Assembly: GCA_028534125.1 (NCBI GenBank)
Contig: CM052817.1
Span: forward strand, 96,908,001-96,972,000
DNA: 64,000 nt
Direction: 5' to 3'
Source: Lama glama
Taxonomy: Eukaryota
Positions 38,851 to 51,660 of the stretch are shown here, one piece after another. The notes beneath the pieces are model-generated. The model saw only the letters and a program-made list of their open reading frames with translations. It did not search any database and was not told the origin of the DNA. A program made the position numbers and the translations under genes. How positions within the stretch are numbered: the stretch's first letter is position 1; each line of letters begins with the position of its first letter.

Positions 38851-41800
38851 GAGCGTGGTAGGTGGAATACTTTGTTCAGCCTGAGCCATGTGCCCACTGC
38901 TGGGCTGAAGAAGCCGCTGGCCAGTTATGTCTGCCTCACCAGGGGTCCCACCGAGGGATGTGCAGAACATAGGAAAAAGCTGATATCCAGTGTGCAAGCA
39001 AACTTGGATTTGTTTTTGCATTCTTGCTTCTCTTTTATTTATATTATACAAATGGCTCAGCATAAATTGGATAAGGAATTACATTTCAAAGAAGGTACCC
39101 ATACCAGTAACTTCAGTTTTTTTTATTTTTTTAATTATTTTTTTATTATTTTTTAATTCTTACCAACCCCAATCAAATTGATACATTTTTATGATAGTAC
39201 ACGTTTTAAAGTCATTTTAATTTCTAAATTGTCACATTATAAAAATTAGTTCCTAGTAGACAGGAGAAATTGAATACCTGTTATTTGAGATGGTTACATG
39301 AATGAACTAAAAAAATGTAGAAACAAATGAATAAAACTAAATACTCTCTGCTCTGGGAAATATATGGAAAGACAAATTCAGCAAATAAATTCTGTTCATT
39401 ATAAATGTGTATTCATAATCACATTGGCTAATTTTTTTTCCAGTATAAAGGCTTAGTTACAACCAGTATTCATGATAGGAAATACCTCCTTGTCTCTTTG
39501 AAAACCTATGTCAGTATTACTCATATCAAAATAAGCTGCTTTCAAAAATGCAGTTCCTTTGCTAGAGCTGTTTTGTCTGGGTCTAGGGGCTGCGTGTGTC
39601 CCACATGTGTGGACCCTATGAGATTAGTGAGTCAAAATAAGTATGTATGCCTTCTCTTTTTTCCAATTGCTGGATTGATTCATTTGAACCAAAATAGAGA
39701 AGGGTGGGAGAGACCGGAGGGTGGAAACGAAGACTGGTCTGTGCAGCTTGCCTGGGTACAAAATCATGGTGGTTGATCCAGTGCCGTGGCTGGCATCTGT
39801 GCCTCATAGGACTTAACCTCTGAGGTACGGAGTAGCTACGACACTTGTGATCACTGTGGCAAAAGTGTAAAGTAGTGATTGTTTATAACATTTTAACTTG
39901 TTGGTGTCCAAGAAAATATTCTGAAAACTAAATGGTAATTTTCTGGCTTAACTTAGATTTCTGATACTCATGTTGCCCCTGTTAAGTTTTGGAGAAATAA
40001 AATGTTGTTAAGAAAAACTGATACATGGGAGGGTAATTCATCTGGCATTGTGGATTGAGTGATTTTTACACTCTTTTCCCTTTTAAACAATCAACAAAAA
40101 AATATTGAACAGAAATTAGAGCAGATTTTAAAAAATTCTAATAAAAAATATTCCTGGCTTAGTTTTAAGTTTGAAATCAATTGGGAAGTCCTGTAGGCAT
40201 CTAGAAAAGTTGTCCAAATAAGTTTATTTTCTTCTGAAATTGTATGATTGTCTCTGAAAATACTTTCTTTGTCTCTTGTGTATGTGGGATAGTATCTGAA
40301 GCAAGGATTTGAAAGTAAGTGACCTCTTTGGATGATTTTCTTTTCATTGATCGTCTAGGAGAATTGAGATGGTTAAATCAAATATTTATGATGTGAACTC
40401 TGGAATCTTTTGGAATTGTGTTTTAATTGATACTGTCCAAAAGGCTCGTACAGCCTTACAAGGTTAACCTGGTGATGAGCAGCCACATATCCAGAAACCA
40501 GATGCATCACTGAACTGCAGTCAAAAGTTTGTTGCTGTAGGATGGTTTGGTGCCTTTTGGCAGTGTCTACCAGACTGTCTGCCGGACTGATGCATCCTGA
40601 TGTTCATCCAAAAAAATGGTTTGAAAATGTGTTTTTCTGTCTGGAGAACAGAGAGGCAACTTTGTAAAGATCGTCACATTTTGTGACTTTGAAGTTTCCA
40701 TTTCCAAAAGCTTTAAAGCTGAAAAATAGAGTTTGGAGTAAGTGCATTTCCTCAGTTTAATGTTTGCAGTGAGAGCACTATGGAGAGGAGTGGAGAGGGA
40801 GTTGGTTCCATGGTGGAGCTAGTCCATCGGTCAGCATTTGACCTTTGGAAGGGATGAGTGAGGGCACCTTGGAGCGAAGCCCCCTAGATAGTGGCGTGTT
40901 TTTATGGCTGTATATGCAAACCCAGAGTTTATATGAGGAAGAAAAGTTGGAATGAATGGAATGAAATGAATATATATTCAGCTCTGTGGGCTCACATTGT
41001 GTGTGTGATATAGTCATAGTTTAGATGTAACTAAACCACGTTTATTTTTTAGAGGAGATCAGTGATGATTCCTTTAAAGTGAGTAAGTCATCTCAACTAT
41101 TTTTTTAAGCTGTGTATGAATATCCAACTTGAATTTGTTTAAATGAAGGTGGATGTAAAATGTCTTCAAATTAAAACAGCAATGAGTAGATTACTGCAGT
41201 CTCAAATAAGAGCGGTTAGATTTTATTTTAACTTTCCTCATCATCTACTTAGAAGTTGAGCCATTGGTAAACATTATCTGAGGTGTACTAAAACAGATTC
41301 GTAAGTTTACTAGAAGTAAGGATGATAATGGTGGTGGTTGTAGTAGTAGGAGGAGTTAATAGGATTTTAAATTAAATTTTTAACGCTGTGTAATGGTCCA
41401 AGGTGTGTTTAGTTAGCTCTTCTCACAGCAGTCCTGTTTGGTGGTTCCTCTTATAGTACATGCCATTTTGCTATTTAGGAACCCGGGTTTAGAAAGGTTG
41501 AGTTACTTGCCTGGAAAGCTGTGTGGCCCCCACCAGTCACTCTCTGAAGCCATGAGTTTTCTAGAAGAGCATACATTCTTGCCATTGATACAGTATGTAT
41601 TTCACAAACCTTATCTTGAGTAAAGCCATGGGGGAGGGAGTTATGTCCGCAAAGCACACTTTAGAAAATTTAAAAATTTTCCATGAAGGTGATAAAAACT
41701 TCCTTTAAGCTATTAAAAGTCACAGGAAAGGAAGTCATTTTCAGATGGTCTGGAATAGCGGCTATCCTATCCTACTTGTGTTGTGAAAAAATGAAAAAGA

Positions 41801-43968
41801 TCGCTGTTGTTTGCTTTTTAGCCAAAGCAGAATTTAAAAAGTAGTGTTCTTGTTAATGAACAAGAGGACGCATTGGGTTTGAACTGTGCTGACAGCCGGA
41901 CGTTACTGGCACTTTGAGCTCCCTGTCTTATCACTGACAGGCAGAGGCCAGCAGGATTTCAGTCCTTAGGGGAGAATCTTTTCCTTCGTGTTGCAGAATG
42001 AATGCTTTCCTGTCAGTGCCAGTTTGGAGCCTGTGCTGCTTATCGGATGCCCCCAAGCTGTACTTACTTTCTTCCCAAACAGCCATTTCTTTTCTTTCTA
42101 GATGTCTTCTTGTTCTCCTTGGTGAAGATATAAATTATCTTCTGGTTCCCCTAGGAGGAACTTGCTATCCAGAATGTTAAGAATTTTGGCCAAAGTCAGA
42201 GACAATGATTAACGAAGACGTAGTTAGTTTTGAAATATTTAAGAGTTTATCTGATAAATCTTGAATTTAGTAAATCTCAGTTTCCACAGACAAAGCTGGA
42301 ATTAAAGAATTGACTTTCGCTGTGAGTCTGGAAGGTACGCCCAACTCTTTTACTCTGCAGATGAGGAAACACGCCCTGTGTGCTCATAGATGAGTGCTTT
42401 GTCCCATTTGTTGGTTTCAGGAAGCTCATTTGTAGCATTGCATTTACATTGAGGTCATTTGTTCTTATCTGTATATTTACCATGTAGTGATGAAATAAAT
42501 GAGGAAATCATATTTAAAGGGTGATTTTTTTTCTCCTTTTGAAACAAACTTCATTGATGCTCACATCATATTCACGTGTATCAAAAATTCAGATCAGAAT
42601 GAGAGAAGCTATTGAGACTCAACCATTTAATCATTCCTGTGATGGAAAGCCCTTCCTCTTGATGCCTGGTTTGAAGCTGAAGTAGGGAAATTGATGAATT
42701 GACCAGGGATGATGTGACATTGTTTTGTGGTTGGGGCTTCCATTCATCAGCTACTACTGGTCTTGATAGAGACTGAACATTCCTAAAAACCTCCCGCCCC
42801 TCACCTTCCAGATCCCAGTAGACGCTCAGCCCCTCCAGGGCATTATCTGATTTTCATCCCCAGCCAGGGCCTAGAACTATGCCTGGCTCTCTGGTATTGG
42901 ATTAATCCTTGCTGAGTAAATTCCTGTCCGGCTCCTGGAATGTTGGCAGTGTTTGAAGTCAAGTGATATCAGTTAAAGAAGCAGATGAGAATGTGAGAAT
43001 GCAGGGCTTCTGATGTCTGTCCTGTTCCCGAGCTGCGGGTGGAAGACGCAGAAAAGGCCTTTTTTCACTTTGTACCACGTGGCCCTGTCTTCTGTCTCCG
43101 CTTCCTGGCAGATTCCCGCCGGGATACTTCATATCTGATGAAAACAGTCAAAATCAGAACTCTTGGAAAGGAGAAGTGCTTAGAGTCTGGTTAGAAAGTT
43201 GTTTTGGCCTAAGTGGAGTCGATCAACCTTCAGAGCCTGAAGACGGGCCTGGGGGGAGTTGGGGCACAGTTGGGAGAGCATTCGGATTCGTTTCCGCGCC
43301 CTGGACTGCTTCGAGATGGAAAGGCAAGCTCAGAGTGGTTAGTTTATTTCTTTTGGTTGACTTTCTGTCGTCATTCCTTAATGACTGTGTATATGTAATA
43401 TGCTGAAAAGCCATATACAGGTTTTTCTTTAGTCTGTCTCCCTTTAGGGATAAACAGTGTGGGTGAGTTTTCACTGTTACACGTGAGTAAAGGTGGGGTA
43501 TGACTGTTTCATTTGTTTCACATAAAGCAGAATAACAGGAAAAAGACAAATAAGAATAGTGATTTTGCTACACAGTGAAGTTGTGTGTTCTTTTATTAGA
43601 TCTACTAGAACGGGGTCCCTGAAGGAATATTAAAATTCGATCAGAATGATAGCTTTGGAACCTTCCCAGGCAATAAAGTATAAACAGTCATGTTATTTAA
43701 GCAAAACTAAAGCTGTAATATTAGAAGTCCATGTTGTTTCAGGAAGAACAAAATGTCATATTTTTCCTTTTTAAAGTTTTTTCTTGCATTGCCATCTCTT
43801 GTGATAAACTCAGCCTGGCCATTCTCGGTTGGTGGCATCACTTCCATTTAATTTTCCCTAGAAAACTGCAAGGCCTCCCATTCCTTTGGGCTCTTTGTAA
43901 AGAGCAAGGGACCCTGGCTGCAGGAATATCAACTGGTACCATGTGATTAAAAAGAGAGAGGGCTCTTT

Positions 43969-44575
43969 TTTTTCCTTTTTCAGTTTTATTGGGTAGAATT
44001 ATTACAGTTTGACTGCACATATACATTATGTTGTATGTAAATACATATATACGATATACTGCACATATTTTTTGTTTACATATATGTACTGATCATTGTT
44101 TCTAAGAACAGATTAGAGCTTCAGCTTTTTTAACTTACATAGTTATCAAAGGAATAAAGCCAACCACAAAATAAGAATCAACAGAATGTGGTGATCCAAT
44201 CATAAAGGACAGTCAAATTTACTTACACATATTCAAGAAATTGATCATCTAAGTTATAAATAATAAGTAGTTCATTTGTGTCCTTATTTAAAAAAATTTT
44301 TTTTAGATTCCACATGTAAGTGATATATGGCATTTTTCTCTTTCTGGCCCACTTCACTTAGAATGATGATCTTCAGGCCCATCCATTTTGCTGCATTGCT
44401 GCAAATGGCATTTTATTCTTTTTTATGGCTGAGTAGTATTCCATTGTATACATGTACCACATCTTCTCTATTGGGTCATCTGCCGATGGACATTCGGGTT
44501 GTTTCCATGTCTTGGCTATTGCATATAGTGCTGCTGTGAATATTGGGGAGCATGTGTCTTTTTGAGTTTTATTTT
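43969..44575 (-). mobile_element. Chimeric retro-insertion: L1 fragment (44269-44570) fused to a non-L1 polyadenylated 3' end (43969-44268)
   Basis: TSD gagagagggctcttt (43954-43968) / gagagaggattcttt (44576-44590); - strand AATAAA at 43985-43990 followed by A-tail. Confidence 0.75.
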
Positions 44576-44871
44576 GAGAGAGGATTCTTTGAAAACAGTG
44601 ACATCATTGGCCTTTTCTTTGGCAAGCTGCTGATAAAATGTGGTAGGGAGTAGCTCTGCTTTGCCTCTTTATAAACACAGTACAGAGAGACCACTCTCTT
44701 TGCTTCTTTGCCCTTATTAGAGTGTAGGTTATACTTGTCCCTTTGTCTCCTTCAGAAGCTGGACTGTCACTGCAGAGCGTAGGGGGGTGTGTGTGTGTCT
44801 GTAGTACACGGTGAGTCAGTCCCCGTGGCTGTATTTTGCTCTTGGTTTATATTGCAGTGTTTATCCCATTA

Positions 44872-45310
44872 TGTCTTTTTAAAAATTTTATTGGAGTATA
44901 GTTGATTTGCAGTGTTGTGTTAGTTTCAGGTGTACAACAAGGTGATTCGGTTCTATATATCTATTCTTTTTCAGATTCTTTTCCATTATTATTACAAGAT
45001 ACTGAATGTAGTTCCCTGTGCTATACAGCATGTAGGCCCTTGTTTTGTTTTGTTTTGTTTGAAGCCAAAAAGTGAGTTTATCTGAGGTTGGTTAGGACTG
45101 AAGGCCAGGAGACGCAGATCCAGGAAGCACTTGAATTGGGTTCCACCAGACTACAAAATGGGCGGTCTTTGTTTATCTATTTCATATATTGTAGTGTGTA
45201 TCTGTTCATCCCGAACTCCTAATTTCTCTCTTCCCCGCCACCCTTCCCGTCCCGGCCCCTCTCCCCTTTCCCCTTTGGTAACCATAAGTTTGTTTTCTGC
45301 CACTGTATCT
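44872..45310 (-). mobile_element. Short L1 3' end carrying a ~120-bp nested insert (45046-45163)
   Basis: L1 3' terminal sequence 'ttattggagtatagttgatttgcagtgttgtgttagtttcaggtgtacaac' interrupted at 'taggcccttgttt'. Confidence 0.85.
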
Positions 45311-45938
45311 TGGGAAGCAGTGCATCAGTAACAATGGGCTGCATGGGACAGAAAAACTAGTTGACAGACCTTGACCCTGTTGGTTGGTTGATTTCCCTCC
45401 CCCCTCACGTAACATGTCAATAGTAGGTGATTGCTGGCTGTTTTTCAAGGATGATAATTCTTCAAGTTTTGTGGCTCTTTGCTCATGGTTTACAAGATAG
45501 TCTAGCCATGACTCCCCCTTTCTGGGGGGAAAAAGGGGGAAAGAAGAAGAAAGGAGGAAGTCTGTATCAAAGGCTTTCCCAGAAATCTCCCATCAGCCCC
45601 TGCTTACATGTCATTGGCCTAAGCTTTCCCATGGCCTCCCCTCGCTACAAGGAAGTCTGGGAAAGAGTTCTTTGTGGCAGAGGCAGGCAGAGGAAGAGAA
45701 GATTGGAATGGCTGTAGAATGAGACAGTTTCTGCATCTGCCCAAAGCAGGTCAGAATTCTAGTGGTGAGGACCTTCATCGTGTTTCTCCATTCAGCATCA
45801 GTTAGTCAGCAGGTGTCCCCTGAGTTCTGTTGGTATGGACTGTGTTGTTACGGATCTTAGCGAGCCAGAGAGACATGCAAAAGTATAATATGCTGTCTTA
45901 TTAGGATTTACAATCTAGTTACAGAAATAAAAAACATG

Positions 45939-46190
45939 AGAGGAGGGATAAATTAGGAGGTTGGGGTTAACAGATACACACTACTACTTATAAAACAGAT
46001 AAACAACGAGGACCTACTGTAGAGCACAGGGAACTATATTCAATGTCTTGCAATAACCTGTAACGGAAAAGAGTCTGAAAAATATTTATCTGTATCTTTT
46101 TATCTGTGTATCTCAGTCATTTTGCTATATACTGAAACTAACACAACATTGTAAATCAACTAGATGTCAGTAAAAAAAAAATTGAAATAA
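45939..46190 (+). mobile_element. Short L1 3' end, sense orientation
   Basis: 'gggataaattaggaggttggggttaacagatacacactact...aacacaacattgtaaatcaacta' plus A-tail; TSD aataaaaaacatga / aataaaacacatga. Confidence 0.88.
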
Positions 46191-47567
46191 AAATAAAACA
46201 CATGAAAGAAATGGTTCTGTGAAATTTAAGTGCTATGTTTTCTCACCAGATTATAAGAAGAGGGGCCTTCATGGATTCTTGGTGTAAGTAAAAAGATGTA
46301 TTTAGGGAGCAAGTTATGCAAGTTCCAGAGGAAGGTTGTTCCCATCAGAGCAAGTAAAAAGCCTTAATTTGGGAGGGAAAAAAATGTTTCCTTGGAGAAG
46401 GTAGACTTGACCTAGGGTGGTTGAGGGACTGGAGTGTCTGGGAAAGGGGAACAGCTTGAATACCCAGGATTATTTAGGATGTAGTGGAAAATGTTAGGGC
46501 TTATAGGAAGGATGAGTGTGGCTCTAAGTTCTGCCCTAAAACAGAACCAGAAAGTAGTTATGATTTTGGAGCAGGACACACAGACATACGCGATTTGAAG
46601 AAAAATGATCAGATAGTCCTCTGTGGGAGAAGGGAGAGAGCCCGGGGAGGTGAATGAATGAGGCCAAAGGAAAGTTAGCAGGACTCATTGGCCTCTTAGA
46701 TTTGCTGGAAAATCTAAATCAAAGATAATATCTTCAGCTTGGCACACCAGGAGAGAATTAAGAAACTGGAAGCAGAAAGTCACTGGGAGCACAGGGCAGT
46801 CTAGTTATGAGCCAAAGGCTTGTGCCCCAGCTGGTCTTCCCAGTCTTTGCTGCTCTGTGTCTGTCATCTTGTTTTCCTTTGACCAGCTTCCACCTGGGTA
46901 GCATCAGTAGCTTCTCTTTGTTCATTTTCTGCTTCCTTCCGTATGGGCCACTTCTGAATGTTCCCCCAGCCTCACTACCCAGCACTGCATGTCTGAGTAT
47001 TTCCATATTGCTATGTTGGCTTCTTAAAAATGTGATCGGCCAGCTAATGACAATTGTCCTTGTCTGGGGAGAAGTTGTCTGACTCTTGGGAGGTCACTGG
47101 CCAGTGTGTCAACTGGCTGCTCTTGGATCTGGTGCCCGCCCCTGCCCAGCCGGTTGTAAGCTGTGATATAGAACAGGTTTGCCCAAGATTGCCACCTCAC
47201 AAGGGCCCGGAAAGGGAGGGGCAGACTGGGTTGAGGGGCAGGCACAGTGCAAGTATGAACTTAGTACCTACATGTGCCACGGCTTGCTTGGTGTGTTATA
47301 ATCATGTCTTTATCAAGAGGAGCTGTTTTCCACTTAACTCTGTACAGCATGTGTTGCAGTTACATATGAGTAAACCTTTGGCTGATACTATTTTTTTTTT
47401 TTTTTGGTATTTATTTTGTAACAGCTTTCTTGAGATGTAATTCACATGCCGTGTGATTCACCCATTTAAAGGGTACGAGTCAGTGGCTTTACGTATGTTC
47501 ACAGATCTGTGTAGCCATCACCGCAGTCAATTTTAGAATATTTTCATCTCCCCAGAAAAATCCCCTA

Positions 47568-47740
47568 GAGGGGTGGGTATAGTATAGCTCAGTGGTAGAG
47601 CACGTGCTTAGCATATACAAGGTCCTGAGTTAGATCTCCAGTACCTTCATTAAATAAATAAATAAACCTAATTACCTTCCCCCCAATAAGTTTTTAAATT
47701 AAAATTAAAAAGAGTTCTTAACTCAAAAAAAGTAAAAAGA
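47568..47740 (+). mobile_element. Camelid tRNA-derived SINE (Vic-1-like) next to an old L1M 3' end (~47390-47560)
   Basis: 'tatagctcagtggtagagcacgtgcttagcatatacaaggtcctgagtt...aaataaataaacctaattacc'. Confidence 0.85.
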
Positions 47741-47949
47741 AGAAACCCTGTATCCCCTGGGCTGGTATTTTTGATGCTGGTAATGTGTAACATGCTTCCA
47801 CACTCCAGTGTTTTTCAAAGTGAGGCCTTTCTGAACACAGTGTTTCAATTGCACCCCAACCTCTTCCCCATTCTTCTTCCTCCTTGCCTGCCTTTTATAC
47901 ACCAGGGCACCTGTCACCTCGTGTGTGTTTTTATGTATCTATTTTATCA

Positions 47950-48070
47950 TTTCTTTTTAAAATTTTTTCTGAGGGTATTTGAGATTTATTTTTATGGAGG
48001 CACTGGGGGTCGAACCCAGGACCTCGTGCATGCTAAGCACGTGCTCTACCACTGAGCTACACCCTCCCTC
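47950..48070 (-). mobile_element. Camelid tRNA-derived SINE (Vic-1-like)
   Basis: Reverse complement 'gggagggtgtagctcagtggtagagcacgtgcttagcatgcacgaggtcctgggttcgacccccagtgcctcc', with intact A and B boxes. Confidence 0.88.
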
Positions 48071-48369
48071 TGTGTGTACTTTAATGTTTGTTTTTCTCAG
48101 AATGTAAACGATGGAAGCAAGGGTTTTTGTCTTACTTACAATGTAATAGATATTTTAAGTATTCAGATATTTGCTGAATAAATGAGTTACAATCAATTTG
48201 TTAAGCTTCCAGCTGCCAGTTGTGCAAAGAACTCTGTACCTTATCTCATTTAAGAGCTACTATATTTTATTCATAGAGAAATTGACGCTCAGAGGTGGAA
48301 TAACTTGTCCCGAGTGGGTAACAAGCAGAGCGAATCTGTGAATCAAAATGCAGCTCATTGCTGTCTAAA

Positions 48370-48640
48370 GATGTAATGTAAACCGTGTATATAATTAAAA
48401 TTTTTCTAGTAACTGCATTAAAAAAAGATGAAATTAATTTTAATATATTTCATTAATCCAGCATATCCAAAGTAGTGCCATTTCAACATAAAAATTGTAA
48501 TCAGCGTAAAAAGTGTCTTTTGCACTTATCTTTGGAATCCAGAGTGCATTTTACACTAACAGGAAACATCCATGGAGACCAGTCACATTTCTGGGGCTCA
48601 GCCGCACGTGGCTAATGACTTCTGTTGGGAGCCTAGGTCT
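48370..48640. mobile_element. MER33-like hAT element
   Basis: 'gatgaaattaattttaatatatttcattaatccagcatatccaaa...gtgcattttacactaacag...cacatttctggggctcagccgcacgtggcta'. Confidence 0.55.
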
Positions 48641-49649
48641 AAGTGACATCAAATCTCACGGTCTTGGATCTGTACTTTGCTGCTTCCCAGTATTCAAGTC
48701 ACCACACCTTTCCAGCTTGGGAAGATGATTTGATGCTGACCATTTACAGAAGGCTTAGTTTACATGCCTAGCTTCTTAGATTTTCAGAAGAGCTTGAGGA
48801 AGTGAGTACTGTCAGGTTCCAATTCCTGTCCAGTCAGCAGAGAAATTTTACAGATGACGATATGGAGGTCTAGAGAGCTTATCGCTTGTGCAAGTTTACA
48901 AGGTTTCTACTGGGCAGGGGCAGGTGGAGAATCCAGCTCACGTGAGGCTTGGGATAGTCCTTCAACGTAAAGCTTCTCCCCCAAGTGCATAGCTGGCCCA
49001 AGGACGCACGCTGAGATACCCGGAGGTTCTGTGTTGCTGGCTGCAGCCTCTGTGCATTTTGACCCCTCCAGTCTTTCCTCCTGTTTTGAGCACTGTCTCT
49101 CCTTCCTTACCCTGATTCACTTGTTGTATCTCTTCTAACGGACTGGCTTCCTTTTGGGACTTTCTTACTTCCCCAGTTTCTCCCCTGGAATGTCCCTATC
49201 CTGTCCCTTTCATGATAAATAACTTCAAACAAACAAACAACAATCTTTTAAGAAAGAGATCTATTCATTTGCTGACTTGATTATCTGAGGGCCGGTTCGT
49301 TAGTTGGCAACAGAACTAGTGAAGAAAAGATGTTCTCATTTGTGGCTGGTTTCCCGGCCTCCCAGGTGGAGGGGCTCAGTGTCTCCTCTGGGCGGGAGGG
49401 GAGAGACTGCAACTGTGTGGGTGCTGGGTGGGGCTTTCAGTGGCTGAGAGCTGGGAGTTCCTGCTAGGCTTGTGGAAACTATGTGCATTGGAACAAAAGA
49501 CTGGGTGTGAAGTTAGGGACTGGAAAAGAGCTGCTTATGGGTAGTCATTTCAGAGAGGCAGTTTATTTGTAAGTTAAGGTATCCTCTTTCTAGTATCCTG
49601 GGGTTAAATTTCTTTAAAACGGTTTAAGGCTTCTCTGGGATTTTCTTTT

Positions 49650-51660
49650 TTCTTTAATTATTTTTTTTAAAGATTGAAGTATAGTTAATTTGTAATGTTG
49701 TGTCAGTTTCTTGTGTACAGCAAAGTAATTCAGTTATACATATGTATGTGTGTGCATATATATATATATACATACACAAACACTCTTTTTCATATTCTTT
49801 TCTATTATGGTTTATTACAGGATATTGAATATAGTTCCCTGTGCTATTCAGTAGGACCTTGTTTTTTTAAATCTATTTTATATATAGTAGTGTGTATCTG
49901 TTAATCCCAAACTCCTAATTTGTCCTTCCCTCACCCCCTTTCCCCTTTGGTAACCATAAGTTTGTTCTCTATGTCTGTGAGTCTGTTTCTGTTTCGTAAA
50001 TAAATTCATTTGTGTCATATTTTAGATTCCACATATAAATGATATCATATGATATTTGCCTTTCTCTGTCTGACTTACTTCACTTAGTATAATAATCTCT
50101 AGGTCCATGTTGCTGCAAACAGCATTTTTTAAATGGCTGAGTAGTACTCTGTTGTGTATATACAGCTTATCTTTATTCATTCATCTGTTGATGATTTAGG
50201 TTGCTTCCATGTCTTGGCTGTTGTGAATAGTGCTGCTATGAGCATTGGTATGCATGTATCTTTTCAAATTAGAGTTTTCTCTGAATATATTCCTAGGAGT
50301 GGGATTGCTGGATCATATGGTAACTATTTTATTGTTTTAAGGAACCTCCGTACTGTTTTCTGTAGTGGCTGCATCAATTTACATTCCCACGAACAGTGTA
50401 GGAGGGCTCCCTTTTCTGCACACCCTCTCCAGCATTTGTTGTTTGTAGACTTCTTGATGGCCATTCTGACCGGTGTGAGATGGTACCTCATTATAGTTTT
50501 GATTTGCATTTCTCTAAGAATTAGCGATGTTGAACATCTTTCCATGTGCCTGTTGGCCATTTGTATGTCTTATGTGGAGAAATGTCTATTTAGATTTTCT
50601 GCCCATTTTTTGAGTGGGTTGCTTGTTTTTTGTTATTGAGTTGTATGAGCTGTTTGTATATTTTGGAAGTAAGCCCTTGTCAATTGCATTGTTTGCAAAT
50701 ATTTTCTCCCATTCTGTAGGTTGTCATTTAATTTTGTTTATGGTTTCCTTTGCTGTGCAAAAGCTTGTAAGTTTGATTAGGTCTCATTTGTTTGTTTTTG
50801 CTTTTATTTCTATTGCCTTGGAAGATTGGCCTAAGGAAGCATTGCTACAATTTATGTCAGAATGTTTTGCCTATGTTTTCTTCTAGGAATTTTATGGTGT
50901 CAAATCTTTAAGTCTTTAAGCTATTCTGTGTTTTTGTGTGTATGTGTGTATGGTGTGAGGGAGTAGTCTAACTTCATTGATTTAAACATGTGGCTGTCCA
51001 GCTTTTCCAACTTGCTGAAGAAACTGTCTCTTTTCCACTGTATGTTCTTGTCTCTTTTGTTGAAGAGTAATTGACTGTGGGTGTGTAGGTTTGTTTCTGG
51101 GCTCTCTGTTCTATTCCATTGATCCATATGTCTGTTTTTGTGCCAACACCATGCTGTTTTGATTACTATAGCTCTGTAGTATTGTCTGAAGTCTGGAAGG
51201 GTTATTCCTCTAGCTTCATTCTTTTTCTTCAGTGTTACTTTCTCAATTCTGGTGTTTTTATGGTTCCATATACATTTTAGGATTATTTGTTCTAGTTCTT
51301 TGAAAAATGTCCTGGGTAATTTGTCACATTAAATCTGTAGATTGCTCTGTGTAGTATGGCCATTGTAGCCATATTAGTTCTTCCAATCCAAGAGTATGGG
51401 ATATCTTTCCATTTCTTTGAATCATCTTCCATTTCCTTTATCAGTTTTAACCTTAGCATGTAAGTCTCGCAACTCCTGGGTCAGGTTTATTCCTAAGTTT
51501 TTTTTTTTTTTGATGAGATTTGAAAAGAGATTTTTTTTTTTACTTCCCCTTTCTGATATTTCATTGTTAGTGTAAAGAAATGTAACAAATTTCTGCACGT
51601 TAATCTTGTATCCTGTTACCTTGCTGAACTTGTTTATTGGTTTTAGTGGTTTTTGTATAG
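49650..51660 (-). mobile_element. 5'-truncated L1 (~2 kb, ORF2 C-terminus + 3'UTR)
   Basis: Minus-strand peptides '[46 protein letters not shown]' and 'DQWNRTESPE.N.H...QL.F.K..KNIQW..DS.F.K' are L1 ORF2p; frameshifted. Confidence 0.95.

Noticed and set aside
47950..48070. tRNA-Ala-like sequence here and at 22090, 26721, 47568 and 63610
   Set aside because: A-rich tails, TSDs on most copies and multiple diverged copies indicate tRNA-derived SINEs, not tRNA genes.
50154..50886. 161-aa and 90-aa hydrophobic ORFs (similar ones at 5555 and 10980)
   Set aside because: Antisense translations of L1 ORF2/3'UTR.
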